From an uncultured Gemmatimonadales bacterium (lineage in GTDB: Bacteria; Gemmatimonadota; Gemmatimonadetes; Longimicrobiales; Gaopeijiaceae): 64,000 bases of DNA. A program made the translations under genes and the position numbers. The DNA lies in contig CAWELD010000003.1 of the NCBI GenBank assembly GCA_963809895.1, forward strand, positions 3,264,001 through 3,328,000. The letters run 5' to 3'. Below the pieces are notes generated by a model that searched no databases, was not told the origin of the DNA, and worked only from the letters and a program-made list of their open reading frames with translations. Shown one piece after another: positions 19,014 through 28,500 of the stretch (position 1 is the first letter of the stretch; every line of letters begins with the position of its first letter).

Positions 19014-20111
19014 ATGGCGTCCCTCACCGACGCCCAGCGGAACGCGATCTCACACGTCGAGGGCCACGCACTCGCGATGCGCCCAGAAGCAGACGCGGCT
19101 CTCCGCGAAGCTCTGCGCGCGTACTCCGTGTCCGATGAGGTCTACGGGTCCGCCATGGCGCGGCTCCGACGCGAAGCCCGGGTCGCACTCGCATTTCATC
19201 CGGATCGCCTGACGCGGAGCGGTCGCACCGTCGCTCAGGGGCTCCTCGCGGACGGGCAGTACCGCAATCAGTTCGAGACCGGAGTGTCGAGCGGCAGCAC
19301 GTCCGGCTTCGCAGGGGGACGACGCGACGAATGGGAGCGCTCGCTGTTCGGAGGTCACTACCACCAGGACGGCGTCTCCTGGGAAGAGCGACCCAAGTAC
19401 GGCGCTCTCCAGTTGGTGGACCATCCCGACGGCCCGTGTCCGCGCTTCGGCTCCTGCTACCTGGTGCTCCGCTCGTCGGTGTCGGCGCGGTGCACGTTCA
19501 CTCCGCTGGGTAGCCAGGGGAGTCGCGCCGCCGAGCAGAGCGGCACCCTCGACGTGTTCGAGCCCGTCTTACTCGCACTGGCCCACCATCTGGCCAGCGT
19601 CCCCGATGCCCTCGGGTGCGAGGGACTCGATCTCGGAGAACTCGTCACTCGCATGAGCGCCGCGCTGCCGTTCGCTCCCCCTGGGGGATCCCCCGGACGA
19701 ATGGGACGAGCATTGGACAGCTTCGTCGAAGCACAGGTCCACGGCCCCATCGAGCTCGGCCGTGATGCGGAGAGGCTCGTGGCTGACGCCTCGTTTCGGG
19801 GGACTCACGTTGCTGAGTCCCTCGAAGCGCTGTCATCGACCTACGGCATCCCCCTGAGCTGGCACCCGGGCTTCGCACTCTCTGCCCGAGCGTTCCCAGA
19901 CGAATTCCGAGGCTTCGAGATCCGGCGCGTGGCAGAGCGTGTGGCGGTCGCTGGCAGGGTCGACGCGGCGAGCCTCGGAGCTGGCGAGAACGATTTCAGG
20001 ACGAATCCTGAGGCGTGGCACGGATTCGGCTCGACGTCGGAGATCCTCACGAAGTTCCGGCGCGTGTGGCATGTCCTGGTGCTCCGGGGGACGCCGGCCT
20101 CAGCGAGTTGA
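19014..20111 (+). CDS. DUF3626 domain protein
   Basis: FHPDR, YRNQFETGVSSG, ERPKYGAL, PRFGSCYLVLR, FVEAQVHG, WHPGF, VWHVLV. Confidence 0.85.
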   Translation: MASLTDAQRNAISHVEGHALAMRPEADAALREALRAYSVSDEVYGSAMARLRREARVALAFHPDRLTRSGRTVAQGLLADGQYRNQFETGVSSGSTSGFAGGRRDEWERSLFGGHYHQDGVSWEERPKYGALQLVDHPDGPCPRFGSCYLVLRSSVSARCTFTPLGSQGSRAAEQSGTLDVFEPVLLALAHHLASVPDALGCEGLDLGELVTRMSAALPFAPPGGSPGRMGRALDSFVEAQVHGPIELGRDAERLVADASFRGTHVAESLEALSSTYGIPLSWHPGFALSARAFPDEFRGFEIRRVAERVAVAGRVDAASLGAGENDFRTNPEAWHGFGSTSEILTKFRRVWHVLVLRGTPASAS

Positions 20112-20117
20112 AAGACC

Positions 20118-21932
20118 TCAGGTGCTCGGAGTTCCCGGGAAATACACACTGAAGGTGGTCCCCTTCCCGGGGACCGAGCGTACCGACACGGCTGCCTCGT
20201 GGACGCGCAGGATGCCCATGAGCGTTGCGAGTCCCAACCCGCGACCCGTAAAGCGCGTGGAAAAGAAGGGATCGAAGATCTGATCCTCGATAGAGGGGTG
20301 GATTCCCTCACCGTCATCGCTCACAGAGAGCACCACGAACCCGTCGGGGGCGGGCTCGGGAGTATAGTCGGCAACCAGGCCTCCAGGCAGCGTCGACTTC
20401 TGGTCCGTGCGGACCTCGACGGTGCCCCTTCGCTCCCCGATCGCGTCGGCACCGTTGCCGACCAGGATCTCCAGGACCTCGGCCACCAGCTCCGGATCGG
20501 CCGACACCGGCGGCAATTCAGCAGCTCCCGGCGAGTAGCGTAGCTTCACACTGGCCGGCTGTGTGCAGCGCAGTTCCTCACAGTGCTTGCGCACTGCGTC
20601 GCCCAGGTCCAGCGCGTGGCGGCGACCGCCGAGCTGTCCCAGATAGACGAGCATTTGCCGCGTGAGCCGCGCGGCCTTGTGCGCGGCCGTGGCCACCTCT
20701 TCCACGAAGACTCGAGCCGATGAATCCGGCGGGAGATCTTGCCTGAGAAGCTCGATGTTCCCGAGGATCCCGGTGAGAAGGTTGTTGAAGTCGTGGGCCA
20801 ACCCCGCCGCCATGCGCGACGTGGCCTTGCGCTTCTGTGTCTGACGGAGTTCCCGCTCCAGACGTACCCACTCGGTGACATCCAGGAGCTGGGCGATACG
20901 CTGATCCGTGCCCCCGACCTCTGCAACGTGCACCAGTACCTGGCGTGCCTGGCCGGTCCGGGTGAACAACCCTACAGGCGCGCTCGCTCCATCGACGCCG
21001 GTCCCGGACCCGAAGGAATCTGTGAGGCGCCCGCGATCTTCCGGACGCACGAATTCGTCCAGTGCAAGGCCCGGAAGCTCGTCGGGTCCGAACGCCACCA
21101 GGCGTGCCAACGCCTCATTGGCGCGGAGGATCGTGCCTTCGGGGCCGAGCAGCGCCATACCCACGGGAGCGGACGCGAACGCCCGACGGAAGCGCTCTTC
21201 GCTCACGAGCAGAGCCTCGTACGTCCGTCGGTGTTCGGTCGTGAGCAGCAGGTAGTAGCCGAGGCCGATACCGGCCTGCCAAACGGTATCCCAGGCGAAC
21301 GCCCAACCGGACCCGTACCACGCCAGAAAGACACCGCTGGGATCCCCTCCCCCGACGACCGTCAGTAGCTGGTGCAACGCCATGCCGCCGTACACCGCCT
21401 GATTCGCTCCGTACAAGGCGAAGGACGATGCGGTCACCAGCGTGGCGAGATCTGGCCTCCCCTCACGTCTCCGGAGGAGTTGGAGGGCACAGGCGCCGAA
21501 GACGGCCGCCATGCCCAGCCCGCGCGGCGCCACACGGCCAGCGATGGCGACGGTCGCCTGATCCTGGAGAGAAGGCAGAGACAGATCCAAGCCCAGCGCC
21601 AGCAAAGAGGTCGTGAGCAGCGCCAGGATGACGGTGCGCCGGGATGGACTCACCCCCCGTCGCATCTCGTACACGCCCAGGCCGAAGAGTGTCACCTGCA
21701 GCAGACCCCCCTGCGAACCCACCAACTCGAGGGGATTCCTTCCGTTGTCGAGAGAGGCCAGGACGGTCACACGGAAGACCACCATACCGCCGGCGAAGGC
21801 CAGCCAACCCCACGTCCACCAACGAAACTCGCGCTTGCCCGCACCCGTGTGATCCAGGGTCCAGGAGAGGACGAACAGCACGAGAGTGAGGGCGAGCTGG
21901 ATGTCCGCCGGCCCGACGAATGATGTGGCCAT
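20118..21932 (-). CDS. membrane PAS sensor histidine kinase
   Basis: Multi-TM N-terminus; PAS (SEERFRRAFASAPVGM); AHDFNNLL H-box; DPFFSTRFTGRGLGL. Confidence 0.92.
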   Translation of the reverse strand: MATSFVGPADIQLALTLVLFVLSWTLDHTGAGKREFRWWTWGWLAFAGGMVVFRVTVLASLDNGRNPLELVGSQGGLLQVTLFGLGVYEMRRGVSPSRRTVILALLTTSLLALGLDLSLPSLQDQATVAIAGRVAPRGLGMAAVFGACALQLLRRREGRPDLATLVTASSFALYGANQAVYGGMALHQLLTVVGGGDPSGVFLAWYGSGWAFAWDTVWQAGIGLGYYLLLTTEHRRTYEALLVSEERFRRAFASAPVGMALLGPEGTILRANEALARLVAFGPDELPGLALDEFVRPEDRGRLTDSFGSGTGVDGASAPVGLFTRTGQARQVLVHVAEVGGTDQRIAQLLDVTEWVRLERELRQTQKRKATSRMAAGLAHDFNNLLTGILGNIELLRQDLPPDSSARVFVEEVATAAHKAARLTRQMLVYLGQLGGRRHALDLGDAVRKHCEELRCTQPASVKLRYSPGAAELPPVSADPELVAEVLEILVGNGADAIGERRGTVEVRTDQKSTLPGGLVADYTPEPAPDGFVVLSVSDDGEGIHPSIEDQIFDPFFSTRFTGRGLGLATLMGILRVHEAAVSVRSVPGKGTTFSVYFPGTPST

Positions 21933-22384
21933 CTGGTTGGTTGGCGGTGCGCGACGCAATCCGTCCCGCACTCGGACTTGAGCCTGGACGATCGTGCAAG
22001 GTATCTACAACAGACCGAACCAACGACACCCTTGCACCGTCGGGATTTCAGCGCAGAACTTGCGATGAACGTCCGCATCGGAGGAGGTCGAGCGCCTCGA
22101 GACCGGGCGGAAGAAGCCGGCTGCGCTCGAGGCCACACGATCATGAGCGACTGATCCATGGAGTATTTCTGGTACACAGGCCGGAGGACTCTCATCCGCC
22201 TCCGATCGTGCGTGAGCCGAGTGAGCTTCGCGCCTCCGATCGCGTGGCGATCTCGTGTACGCAGATCGGGTGGCCCGCGTCACGCCAGGCCTTCTCCATC
22301 GCGGCCCTGTTTGCCGCCCTTGCGTGCGGTGACGTGTCCTCCACGCGTGCGTATCCACCGGATCCTCAGGGACTGATCTGCCAC

Positions 22385-23620
22385 GTGAGCCGCTCGCGCT
22401 CCCCGCGCCTCGCCTGCATCCTCCTGCTCACCCTCGCCGCCTGCGGCGAGCCGCCCGCGAGCAGCGGGGTCACCGCCGCCCGCGACAGCGCAGGCGTCAC
22501 CATCACAGAGCCGTCTCCACCCTATCCGGCCTTGTCGCTGAGCCCGACGCCCGTCCTGCGCATCGGTGTGGTCAACGGCGACCCCGAGTATCAGCTCTCG
22601 AGGGTGGCGTACGCAGCGCGGCTTTCCGACGGGGGAGTCGTGCTCATCGATGGTGCCTCCGCGGAGGTCCGGTGGTACGGTGCCGACGGCACCTTCCGGG
22701 CCCGGGCCGGAGGCCGAGGCGAAGGACCGGGGGACCTTCTCTGGGTGGTCGGCGCCACGCTGACTCCCGAAGACACACTGGTGTTGTACGACGCGAGGAA
22801 CCAGCGACTGAGCTGGTTCGGGCCTGATGGCACGCTGGCTCGGACGCACCGTCTTGCCCTGGCGTCGGACATGGAACTCCACGCCCTTCGAGCCGGACGA
22901 CTCCTCCTCACCGAGGAGCGGCATACCCTGAACATCGGCGGACGCCAATACAATCCCGCCCGGGACACGATGCGGGTCCTGCTCACGTCCAGCGCCGCCG
23001 AGACCGTGGACACCGTGATGCAGCTTCCCGGGCAGGAAGCGGCGACCTGGGTGGACTACGTCGACGGTACGCCGACCGCCACGCGGCAGTTCGGCGTCCC
23101 CTACGGCCAGGTGACGTTGGTCGGCGGCGCCGGGGACCGAATCGCGGTGGTGTATAGCGGACGCCATGATCTGGCCCTCCTCGACGAGAGTGGCACGCTC
23201 CGGCGGCTCACCCGCCGCCAGGATGTGAATCCCCCCGGCGTCACCGCCTCGCTCCGACGAGAGTACGTGACCTCTGCCGTGGACCAGGCCGAAGAGCGGG
23301 GGATGGCAGCGGGGCCTGCAGAGGAAGGAGCGGAAGAGCTCATCGACCTCCTGCCCGAGGGGCGGACCGTGCCCGCGTTCGACCGGCTCCTTTCCGCCGC
23401 CGTCGACGAACAGATCTGGCTGCGAGACTTCCTGCCCGAATGGCGCTCCCAGCAGGCGCGACGCTGGACGATCCACGATCTGAGTGGCAAGGTGGTCGGT
23501 CAGGTAACCACCCCAGCCGATCTCGAGTTGATCCACGTAGGAAGGGGGTACCTCGTGGGGCTGGAGCGCGACGGAATGGGCGTGGAGCACGTGGCAGTCT
23601 ACTCCCTCGACAGGAGCTGA
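22385..23620 (+). CDS. 6-bladed beta-propeller lipoprotein
   Basis: LAAC lipobox; ARDSAGVTI; GGRGEGPGD; ERDGMGVEHVAVYSL. Confidence 0.85.
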   Translation: MSRSRSPRLACILLLTLAACGEPPASSGVTAARDSAGVTITEPSPPYPALSLSPTPVLRIGVVNGDPEYQLSRVAYAARLSDGGVVLIDGASAEVRWYGADGTFRARAGGRGEGPGDLLWVVGATLTPEDTLVLYDARNQRLSWFGPDGTLARTHRLALASDMELHALRAGRLLLTEERHTLNIGGRQYNPARDTMRVLLTSSAAETVDTVMQLPGQEAATWVDYVDGTPTATRQFGVPYGQVTLVGGAGDRIAVVYSGRHDLALLDESGTLRRLTRRQDVNPPGVTASLRREYVTSAVDQAEERGMAAGPAEEGAEELIDLLPEGRTVPAFDRLLSAAVDEQIWLRDFLPEWRSQQARRWTIHDLSGKVVGQVTTPADLELIHVGRGYLVGLERDGMGVEHVAVYSLDRS

Positions 23621-23665
23621 CCCCACTAGTTCATGTACCCGGATCGCGTTAGGCCGGCCCCCCGA

Positions 23666-24031
23666 CTAGGCGTTCGACCCCCGGCTCTTCGGCACTGCGG
23701 TGCGCGTGTTGTAGGCGATGGCTCGGCGCAGCATCGCCTCCAGGGCGGCTGTGTCGATCTCGTCATCCTCGGCGATGTCGATGGCCCGCCACTTGTTGCC
23801 GCCCAGGCCCGCGTTGAAGAGGCCGTCGGGATCGTCGAGTTGCGCACCGTGAAAGAAGGTCAGCTTCACCTTCTTCTTGTGCGCGTTGCCGACCAGGTAC
23901 ATCCCCTCGTGTGACCAGACGGGCGCGCCCCGCCACTTCCAGTCCTCGACCACCTCGGGATCCACCTCGTGGATGAGCGCGCGGATCTGCGCCAGCCGCT
24001 CGCCTCGCCAGTCGTCCAACTCGGCGATCAT
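23666..24031 (-). CDS. DUF1801 (YdhG-like) protein
   Basis: DWRGERLAQIRALIHEVDPEVVEDWKWRGAPVW...KLTFFHGA; true start may be at 24104 via a 1-bp indel. Confidence 0.9.
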   Translation of the reverse strand: MIAELDDWRGERLAQIRALIHEVDPEVVEDWKWRGAPVWSHEGMYLVGNAHKKKVKLTFFHGAQLDDPDGLFNAGLGGNKWRAIDIAEDDEIDTAALEAMLRRAIAYNTRTAVPKSRGSNA

Positions 24032-24130
24032 CCGGTCGATCCGCGCCGGTGCTCCCCCGGAGTCCCCGCATCCCGCATCTCTCTTTCGTCGATTTGCTCG
24101 CCATCGTAGTTGCTCCGGCCCGGTGTGTCG

Positions 24131-24559
24131 CTAAGGCGTCCAATCACGCAGCGCCGCCGCTTGCTCGATCCACGACGTCCACTGCGCTTCATCGATCTCT
24201 TCTCCCTCGTGGACGTGGGCATACCGCGTGTCCTCGCTCTTCGATTCCACCGGGGGCGGCGGACGGAGCGACGAGCCACGAAAGAACGCCACCTTGATGT
24301 ACTTCGTGTAGCAATGGAAGCTGAGGAACCAGCCCTGACCTTCGACGCCGTAGAAGGGCGAATTCCATTTCACGGCCTTGCGCACATCCGGGACGGTCCG
24401 CGTGACGAGGGCATCCAACCGACGACCGACGTCACGCTTCCAATCGGGCATGGCCGCGATGTAGGCCTGGACCGGGGCGTCGCCGTCCCCCTTCGGGATC
24501 TGGGGATTCCCGCCCGCGAGCAGGACCGGCTTCCTCGGCTTCGAGTCCTTGGCACTCAT
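24131..24559 (-). CDS. DUF1801 protein
   Basis: LLAGGNPQIPKGDGDAPVQAYIAAMP...KAVKWNSPFYG. Confidence 0.9.
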   Translation of the reverse strand: MSAKDSKPRKPVLLAGGNPQIPKGDGDAPVQAYIAAMPDWKRDVGRRLDALVTRTVPDVRKAVKWNSPFYGVEGQGWFLSFHCYTKYIKVAFFRGSSLRPPPPVESKSEDTRYAHVHEGEEIDEAQWTSWIEQAAALRDWTP

Positions 24560-24987
24560 GACCGCCGCACGCCACGCCGCACCACGTCTCCGAGCGCGCC
24601 GAGCATCTTCTCCCACCCGAGCTCCGCGCCCCTGAAGGCGGCCTTACTCCACGGCTCGACGACCTCGAAGCCGCTCTGCTCGAAGAAGAGACGCGTCCCG
24701 TCACCCTCGGGCTCGAGCTGGAAGCTCACCCGGGTATCCAGGCCCGCCGCAGCCCACGAGTAGACGAGACGGGAGGGCGCCTCGCACTCCAGCACCTCGC
24801 AGTGGATCAAGCCGTCGAAGCCCACCTTGGGATTGGGTTGGGACTCGAGAGTGAAGCGGTGTCCCACCCGGGGCTCGAAGTCGTTGGGCATGAGCCAATC
24901 GGCCATGGCCTCGCTCTCGGTGAGCGCGCGCCACACGTCGGTCGGAGGATGGGGAAGGAAATGCTCTCGTTGGATGCTCTTGGTCAT
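24556..24987 (-). CDS. SRPBCC/AHSA1 domain protein
   Basis: VWRALTESEAMADWLMPNDFEPRVGHRF...LVYSW. Confidence 0.92.
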   Translation of the reverse strand: MTKSIQREHFLPHPPTDVWRALTESEAMADWLMPNDFEPRVGHRFTLESQPNPKVGFDGLIHCEVLECEAPSRLVYSWAAAGLDTRVSFQLEPEGDGTRLFFEQSGFEVVEPWSKAAFRGAELGWEKMLGALGDVVRRGVRRS

Positions 24988-25319
24988 TCCTTCGTACTCG
25001 CCTTCGCCAGGTGGACCTGGAGTCGTTGGAGGTGGTCGTCCCAGAATTGCTCGTAGTGAGCGATCCAGTCGCGCACCACCACGAGGGGATCGGGGGTCAG
25101 ACGGTAGCGCCGCTCCCGGCCGCGGCGCTCCTCGGTAACCAGACCGGCGTCCAGGAGCACCCGCAGGTGTTGCGAGACCGCCGGCCGGCTCATCTCGAAC
25201 TCCCCGGCCAGGGCGTGCACGGGCCGCTCGCCCTCGACCAGAAGGTCGAGCATGCGACGCCGCGCCGGGTGGCTGATGGCGCCGAAGATTGCCGTCGCCC
25301 GCTCCGTCATCTGAACCAT
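24984..25319 (-). CDS. ArsR/SmtB family transcriptional regulator
   Basis: AISHPARRRMLDLL, SRPAVSQHLRVL, RRGRERRYRL. Confidence 0.93.
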   Translation of the reverse strand: MVQMTERATAIFGAISHPARRRMLDLLVEGERPVHALAGEFEMSRPAVSQHLRVLLDAGLVTEERRGRERRYRLTPDPLVVVRDWIAHYEQFWDDHLQRLQVHLAKASTKE

Positions 25320-25332
25320 GGCCCGAAAATAC

Positions 25333-25348
25333 GTAAGCACTTTCTTAC
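25333..25348. promoter_or_regulatory. putative ArsR operator, inverted repeat GTAAG-N6-CTTAC
   Basis: AT-rich GTAAGCACTTTCTTAC immediately upstream of the ArsR start. Confidence 0.65.
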
Positions 25349-25535
25349 ATGTCAATCCTGGGAGCGTGTGAGAGCGGCAGCCGGTCCGTCCTGCATCGTC
25401 GACCTCACTCAGCGCTACGAGATAGCCGGAGACCTGGCCGGCCAGGCGGAGATCGACTTGACCCGGGTCCCACCGCAAGAATACTTTGTGACGCAGAGTA
25501 CTGTGCACCAACACTGGATCGCAACGGATGGCAGC

Positions 25536-26006
25536 ATGAAGAGATGGTGGAGGCGGATCCGCGGCGCCTTGGGCCTCGGTGTCGTATGGGCAGGCGGGGG
25601 AGCCTTCATCGGGGGGCTGATCGAGCTGATCAGCAACCTGTTCCCCGGTCTTCCGTTGCGATTCATCGACATGTGGATCCCACTGTTGGCGATCCCCGGA
25701 TTCCTCGGTGGAGTGTGCTTCTCCGTCGTGCTGGGAGTTGCGGCGAGACGGCGCAGATTCGACGAGTTGTCCCTCCCGCTGGTTGCCGTCATGGGAGCGG
25801 TGGGAGGGTTGTTCCTCGGAGGGTTCATGGTGGCCCGCGGGGTGAATCCCCTGATTCTCGCGCCCGCAACGCTGTTGAGTGCCCTCGGCGCGTCACTCTC
25901 GCTGGGGATCGCCAGAATGGGGGAGCGTCAGGAGCTGCTCGACGCCGGCGCCGAGTTCGACTCGATCCGCCTCACCGAACAAGAGCAGCGAGAGCTGTTG
26001 GGCTGA
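25536..26006 (+). CDS. membrane protein (about 4 TM)
   Basis: MKRWWRRIRGALGLGVVW; resembles 18477-18968. Confidence 0.75.
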   Translation: MKRWWRRIRGALGLGVVWAGGGAFIGGLIELISNLFPGLPLRFIDMWIPLLAIPGFLGGVCFSVVLGVAARRRRFDELSLPLVAVMGAVGGLFLGGFMVARGVNPLILAPATLLSALGASLSLGIARMGERQELLDAGAEFDSIRLTEQEQRELLG

Positions 26007-26132
26007 TCGCGCCACTCCGCTACGAGCGCCCCCGGTGCTCCCAACTGCCGGGGCGGCCAGGGTCTCGAGATCACCGAGCGGATCGCGAGGGCCGAAGGCA
26101 GGTCGCCGAGTTCGAGGCGCTTCAGGAAAGCT

Positions 26133-26519
26133 TCACAGCGTCGCCAGCTCGATCCCCATGGCCGACGCGGCCGCATTCATCCGCTCGTCGTAGGCCGCCA
26201 GGCGCACGGCCTTGCCCCGCTCCAGGAGAAAGGAGACCGAGGCCAGGTGGAGCGCATCAAGCGTGCGGACCGGCGCAGGAAACGGACGGGTCGCCCGTCC
26301 CAGCACCTCCGGACGGAGCTCGACCCACGCCAGTCGGGCGAGGAGCAGCCGGACGAGGTCTCCGTGGGTGCGTTCGAGGTCGCGCGCGTGGATGCGGGTC
26401 CACATCTCGTATTCCAGGAGCCGACTCGAGACCAGCTCCTCCTGCCACAGCGCGTCGGGGGGCCTGCGGTCCTCGGCCAGCAGATGGGCCAGAGCCACGG
26501 ACGTGTCGAGATAGATCAA
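26133..26519 (-). CDS. vapC: PIN-domain toxin (VapC family)
   Basis: MIYLDTS, LEYE, RTLDALHLAS, YDERM. Confidence 0.92.
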   Translation of the reverse strand: MIYLDTSVALAHLLAEDRRPPDALWQEELVSSRLLEYEMWTRIHARDLERTHGDLVRLLLARLAWVELRPEVLGRATRPFPAPVRTLDALHLASVSFLLERGKAVRLAAYDERMNAAASAMGIELATL

Positions 26520-26800
26520 CCCTCGCCCCGATCCGACGCCAGTTCGTCCAGGAGATCCCTCAGGGCGGCCATGGGCGCGGCGGGGGGTGGCGCTCCCGGG
26601 CTCGAGGCCGCCGGCGTGACGTAGCCCTCGTCGGCCAGGTCGCGAAGTGCCCCCGAGTAACGCAGGGCGTCCATGGCCCGGATGCCTCGGCGGAGCGCCT
26701 CCGAGCGGGAAACACCCATGACCTCGGCGGCGCGGTCGAGCTCCCGCCGCTCCTGGGGCGTCAGATAGACCTGGATGGGTTCGCGTACGACCTTGGCCAT
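26516..26800 (-). CDS. vapB: ribbon-helix-helix (CopG-like) antitoxin
   Basis: IQVYLT...LDRAAEVMGVSRSEALRRGI; overlaps the vapC start. Confidence 0.85.
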   Translation of the reverse strand: MAKVVREPIQVYLTPQERRELDRAAEVMGVSRSEALRRGIRAMDALRYSGALRDLADEGYVTPAASSPGAPPPAAPMAALRDLLDELASDRGEG

Positions 26801-26875
26801 GGCTCCAAATTTGCCGAATGCCTAAACAAAGTCAACGCGTGAGGCGCCCACCCAGGCCTGCGGGGACCAGGGGAT

Positions 26876-27370
26876 TCACCCGCCCCAGCCCTCGTCGGCC
26901 GTCGGTCCATAGATCGACGGGAGCGGCACGTCCAACAGCCGCAGGTAGACCGTGAGCTGACCGCGGTGATGGCTCAGGTGGCGGAGCGTCTCGCGTGCCA
27001 CCTCACCCTTCGGCTGCGTCGAGAGCACCTGATCGCCCATCTTGAGCGACCATGGGGCGTTCAAGTCGTTGCCGGTGACTCGACCCAGCGCGTCGCGTGC
27101 CTTCTCGACACCAGCATCGAATTGCTCCAGCAAGACGCTCGTCGGCTGAAAGCTGTAGTTCGGCCCACCAGACAGATCGAGTTCGGAGTGATCGAGGATC
27201 AGCGGAAACCAACCGGGCATCCCTGCCACGACCTGCGCGAGGTGGCCCAGCGCGAAGGACTTCTCGTGGGGCTTCCATTCCCCCTTCTCATCGGGTACGC
27301 GCTCCAGCAGGCGGCGCGTGGATGCCATCTCCTTGGCGAACTCCGAGAGCGGGATTGCGGGTGCGGCCAT
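26876..27370 (-). CDS. DinB family protein
   Basis: STRRLLERVP...WKPHEKS...HLSHHRGQLTVYLRLLDVPLPSIYGPTADE. Confidence 0.92.
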   Translation of the reverse strand: MAAPAIPLSEFAKEMASTRRLLERVPDEKGEWKPHEKSFALGHLAQVVAGMPGWFPLILDHSELDLSGGPNYSFQPTSVLLEQFDAGVEKARDALGRVTGNDLNAPWSLKMGDQVLSTQPKGEVARETLRHLSHHRGQLTVYLRLLDVPLPSIYGPTADEGWGG

Positions 27371-27601
27371 GGTCCTTCTCCTGGCTCGAGTGCTCGGATC
27401 GCCGCCCCGGGAGGGTCCTCGGAGTGGATCGGGTTCCGATTGGATTCCGAAATCTACACCGAACAAAGACCGAATCAAGGTCCAGTTTGATCGAGGGTGG
27501 CCGAGACGTCGCCGAAAGCGTAGAAATTGTGGGCGCAGAGGACTGTCGGTTCCCACGTTGGCGACAGAGCACCCGCACCCCCCTCCAAGGAGCAGCGCCG
27601 C

Positions 27602-28438
27602 GTGTACTCGCGACAACAACTCTCGGATGGATTCCGCTCTCTCGGCGTGCGGGCGGGCGACGTCGTCATGCTGCACGCATCGGTGCGGTCGGTGGGCGAG
27701 GTCGCCGGGGGGCCCGACCAGATCCATCTGGCCCTCAAGGACGTTCTCACCCCCGAGGGCACGCTCCTCATGTACGCCGGATGCCCCGACTACGTGGACG
27801 AGGTGGGGCGTGGACGCCTGACGACGGACCAGAAGAGGGAGATCCTGGAGAAGCTGCCGGCCTTCGATGCGGAGACGGCGCGCTCAGCGAGGGACCATGG
27901 GATCCTGGTCGAGTTCCTGCGGACCTTCCCCGGGTCCCACGTGAACGCCCACCCCGCGCGGTTCGTGGCGTGGGGACGCCACGTGCCGGAGCTCTTCGCG
28001 TCGCAGCCGTGGGACTTCGCGTTCGGCGCCGGATCCGCACTGGACCGGCTCGTCACGCTCGACGGCAAGATCCTGCTGCTCGGCTCGGACCACGACGCCA
28101 CGACCTTCCTGCACCACGTCGAGCACGTCGCCGACATCGCCGGCCGGCGCATCGCCAGCTTCAAGGTTCCGGTGCTCGAAGACGGTCGCCGGGTGTGGCG
28201 CGACATGAAGGAGTTCGACACAAGTAGTGCCGGCGCGCATCCGAACTGGCCCGATCGCTTCTTCGCACGGATCGTGGGCAGCCACCTGCGACAAACCGAG
28301 AATCGTGGCGGGCGCGTCGGAGAGGCCCGTTCGTACTACATGTCCGCGCGGGAATTGCTCGCGTTCGCGGACGAGGTGATGCGGCGCGTGGCGGCCGATG
28401 CGGGAGCGGCGGCAGAGATCGCGGAGTGGACGGGCTGA
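27602..28438 (+). CDS. aac(3): aminoglycoside 3-N-acetyltransferase family (AAC(3)/YokD)
   Basis: VMLHASVRSVG, GTLLM, GILVEFLR, GKILLLGSDHDATTFLHHVEH; GTG start after AAGGAG (the ORF extends to 27527). Confidence 0.88.
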   Translation: MYSRQQLSDGFRSLGVRAGDVVMLHASVRSVGEVAGGPDQIHLALKDVLTPEGTLLMYAGCPDYVDEVGRGRLTTDQKREILEKLPAFDAETARSARDHGILVEFLRTFPGSHVNAHPARFVAWGRHVPELFASQPWDFAFGAGSALDRLVTLDGKILLLGSDHDATTFLHHVEHVADIAGRRIASFKVPVLEDGRRVWRDMKEFDTSSAGAHPNWPDRFFARIVGSHLRQTENRGGRVGEARSYYMSARELLAFADEVMRRVAADAGAAAEIAEWTG

Positions 28439-28500
28439 CGCGGTTCGACTTCTCCGGAACGGGGTCGTATGATGTGCGCGTCAGGGCTCATGGAGGTCCG

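Noticed and set aside
23621..23665. integron attC site (GTTAGGC near 23648)
   Set aside because: No matching RYYYAAC inverse core or stem, not repeated at other gene boundaries, and no intI in the window
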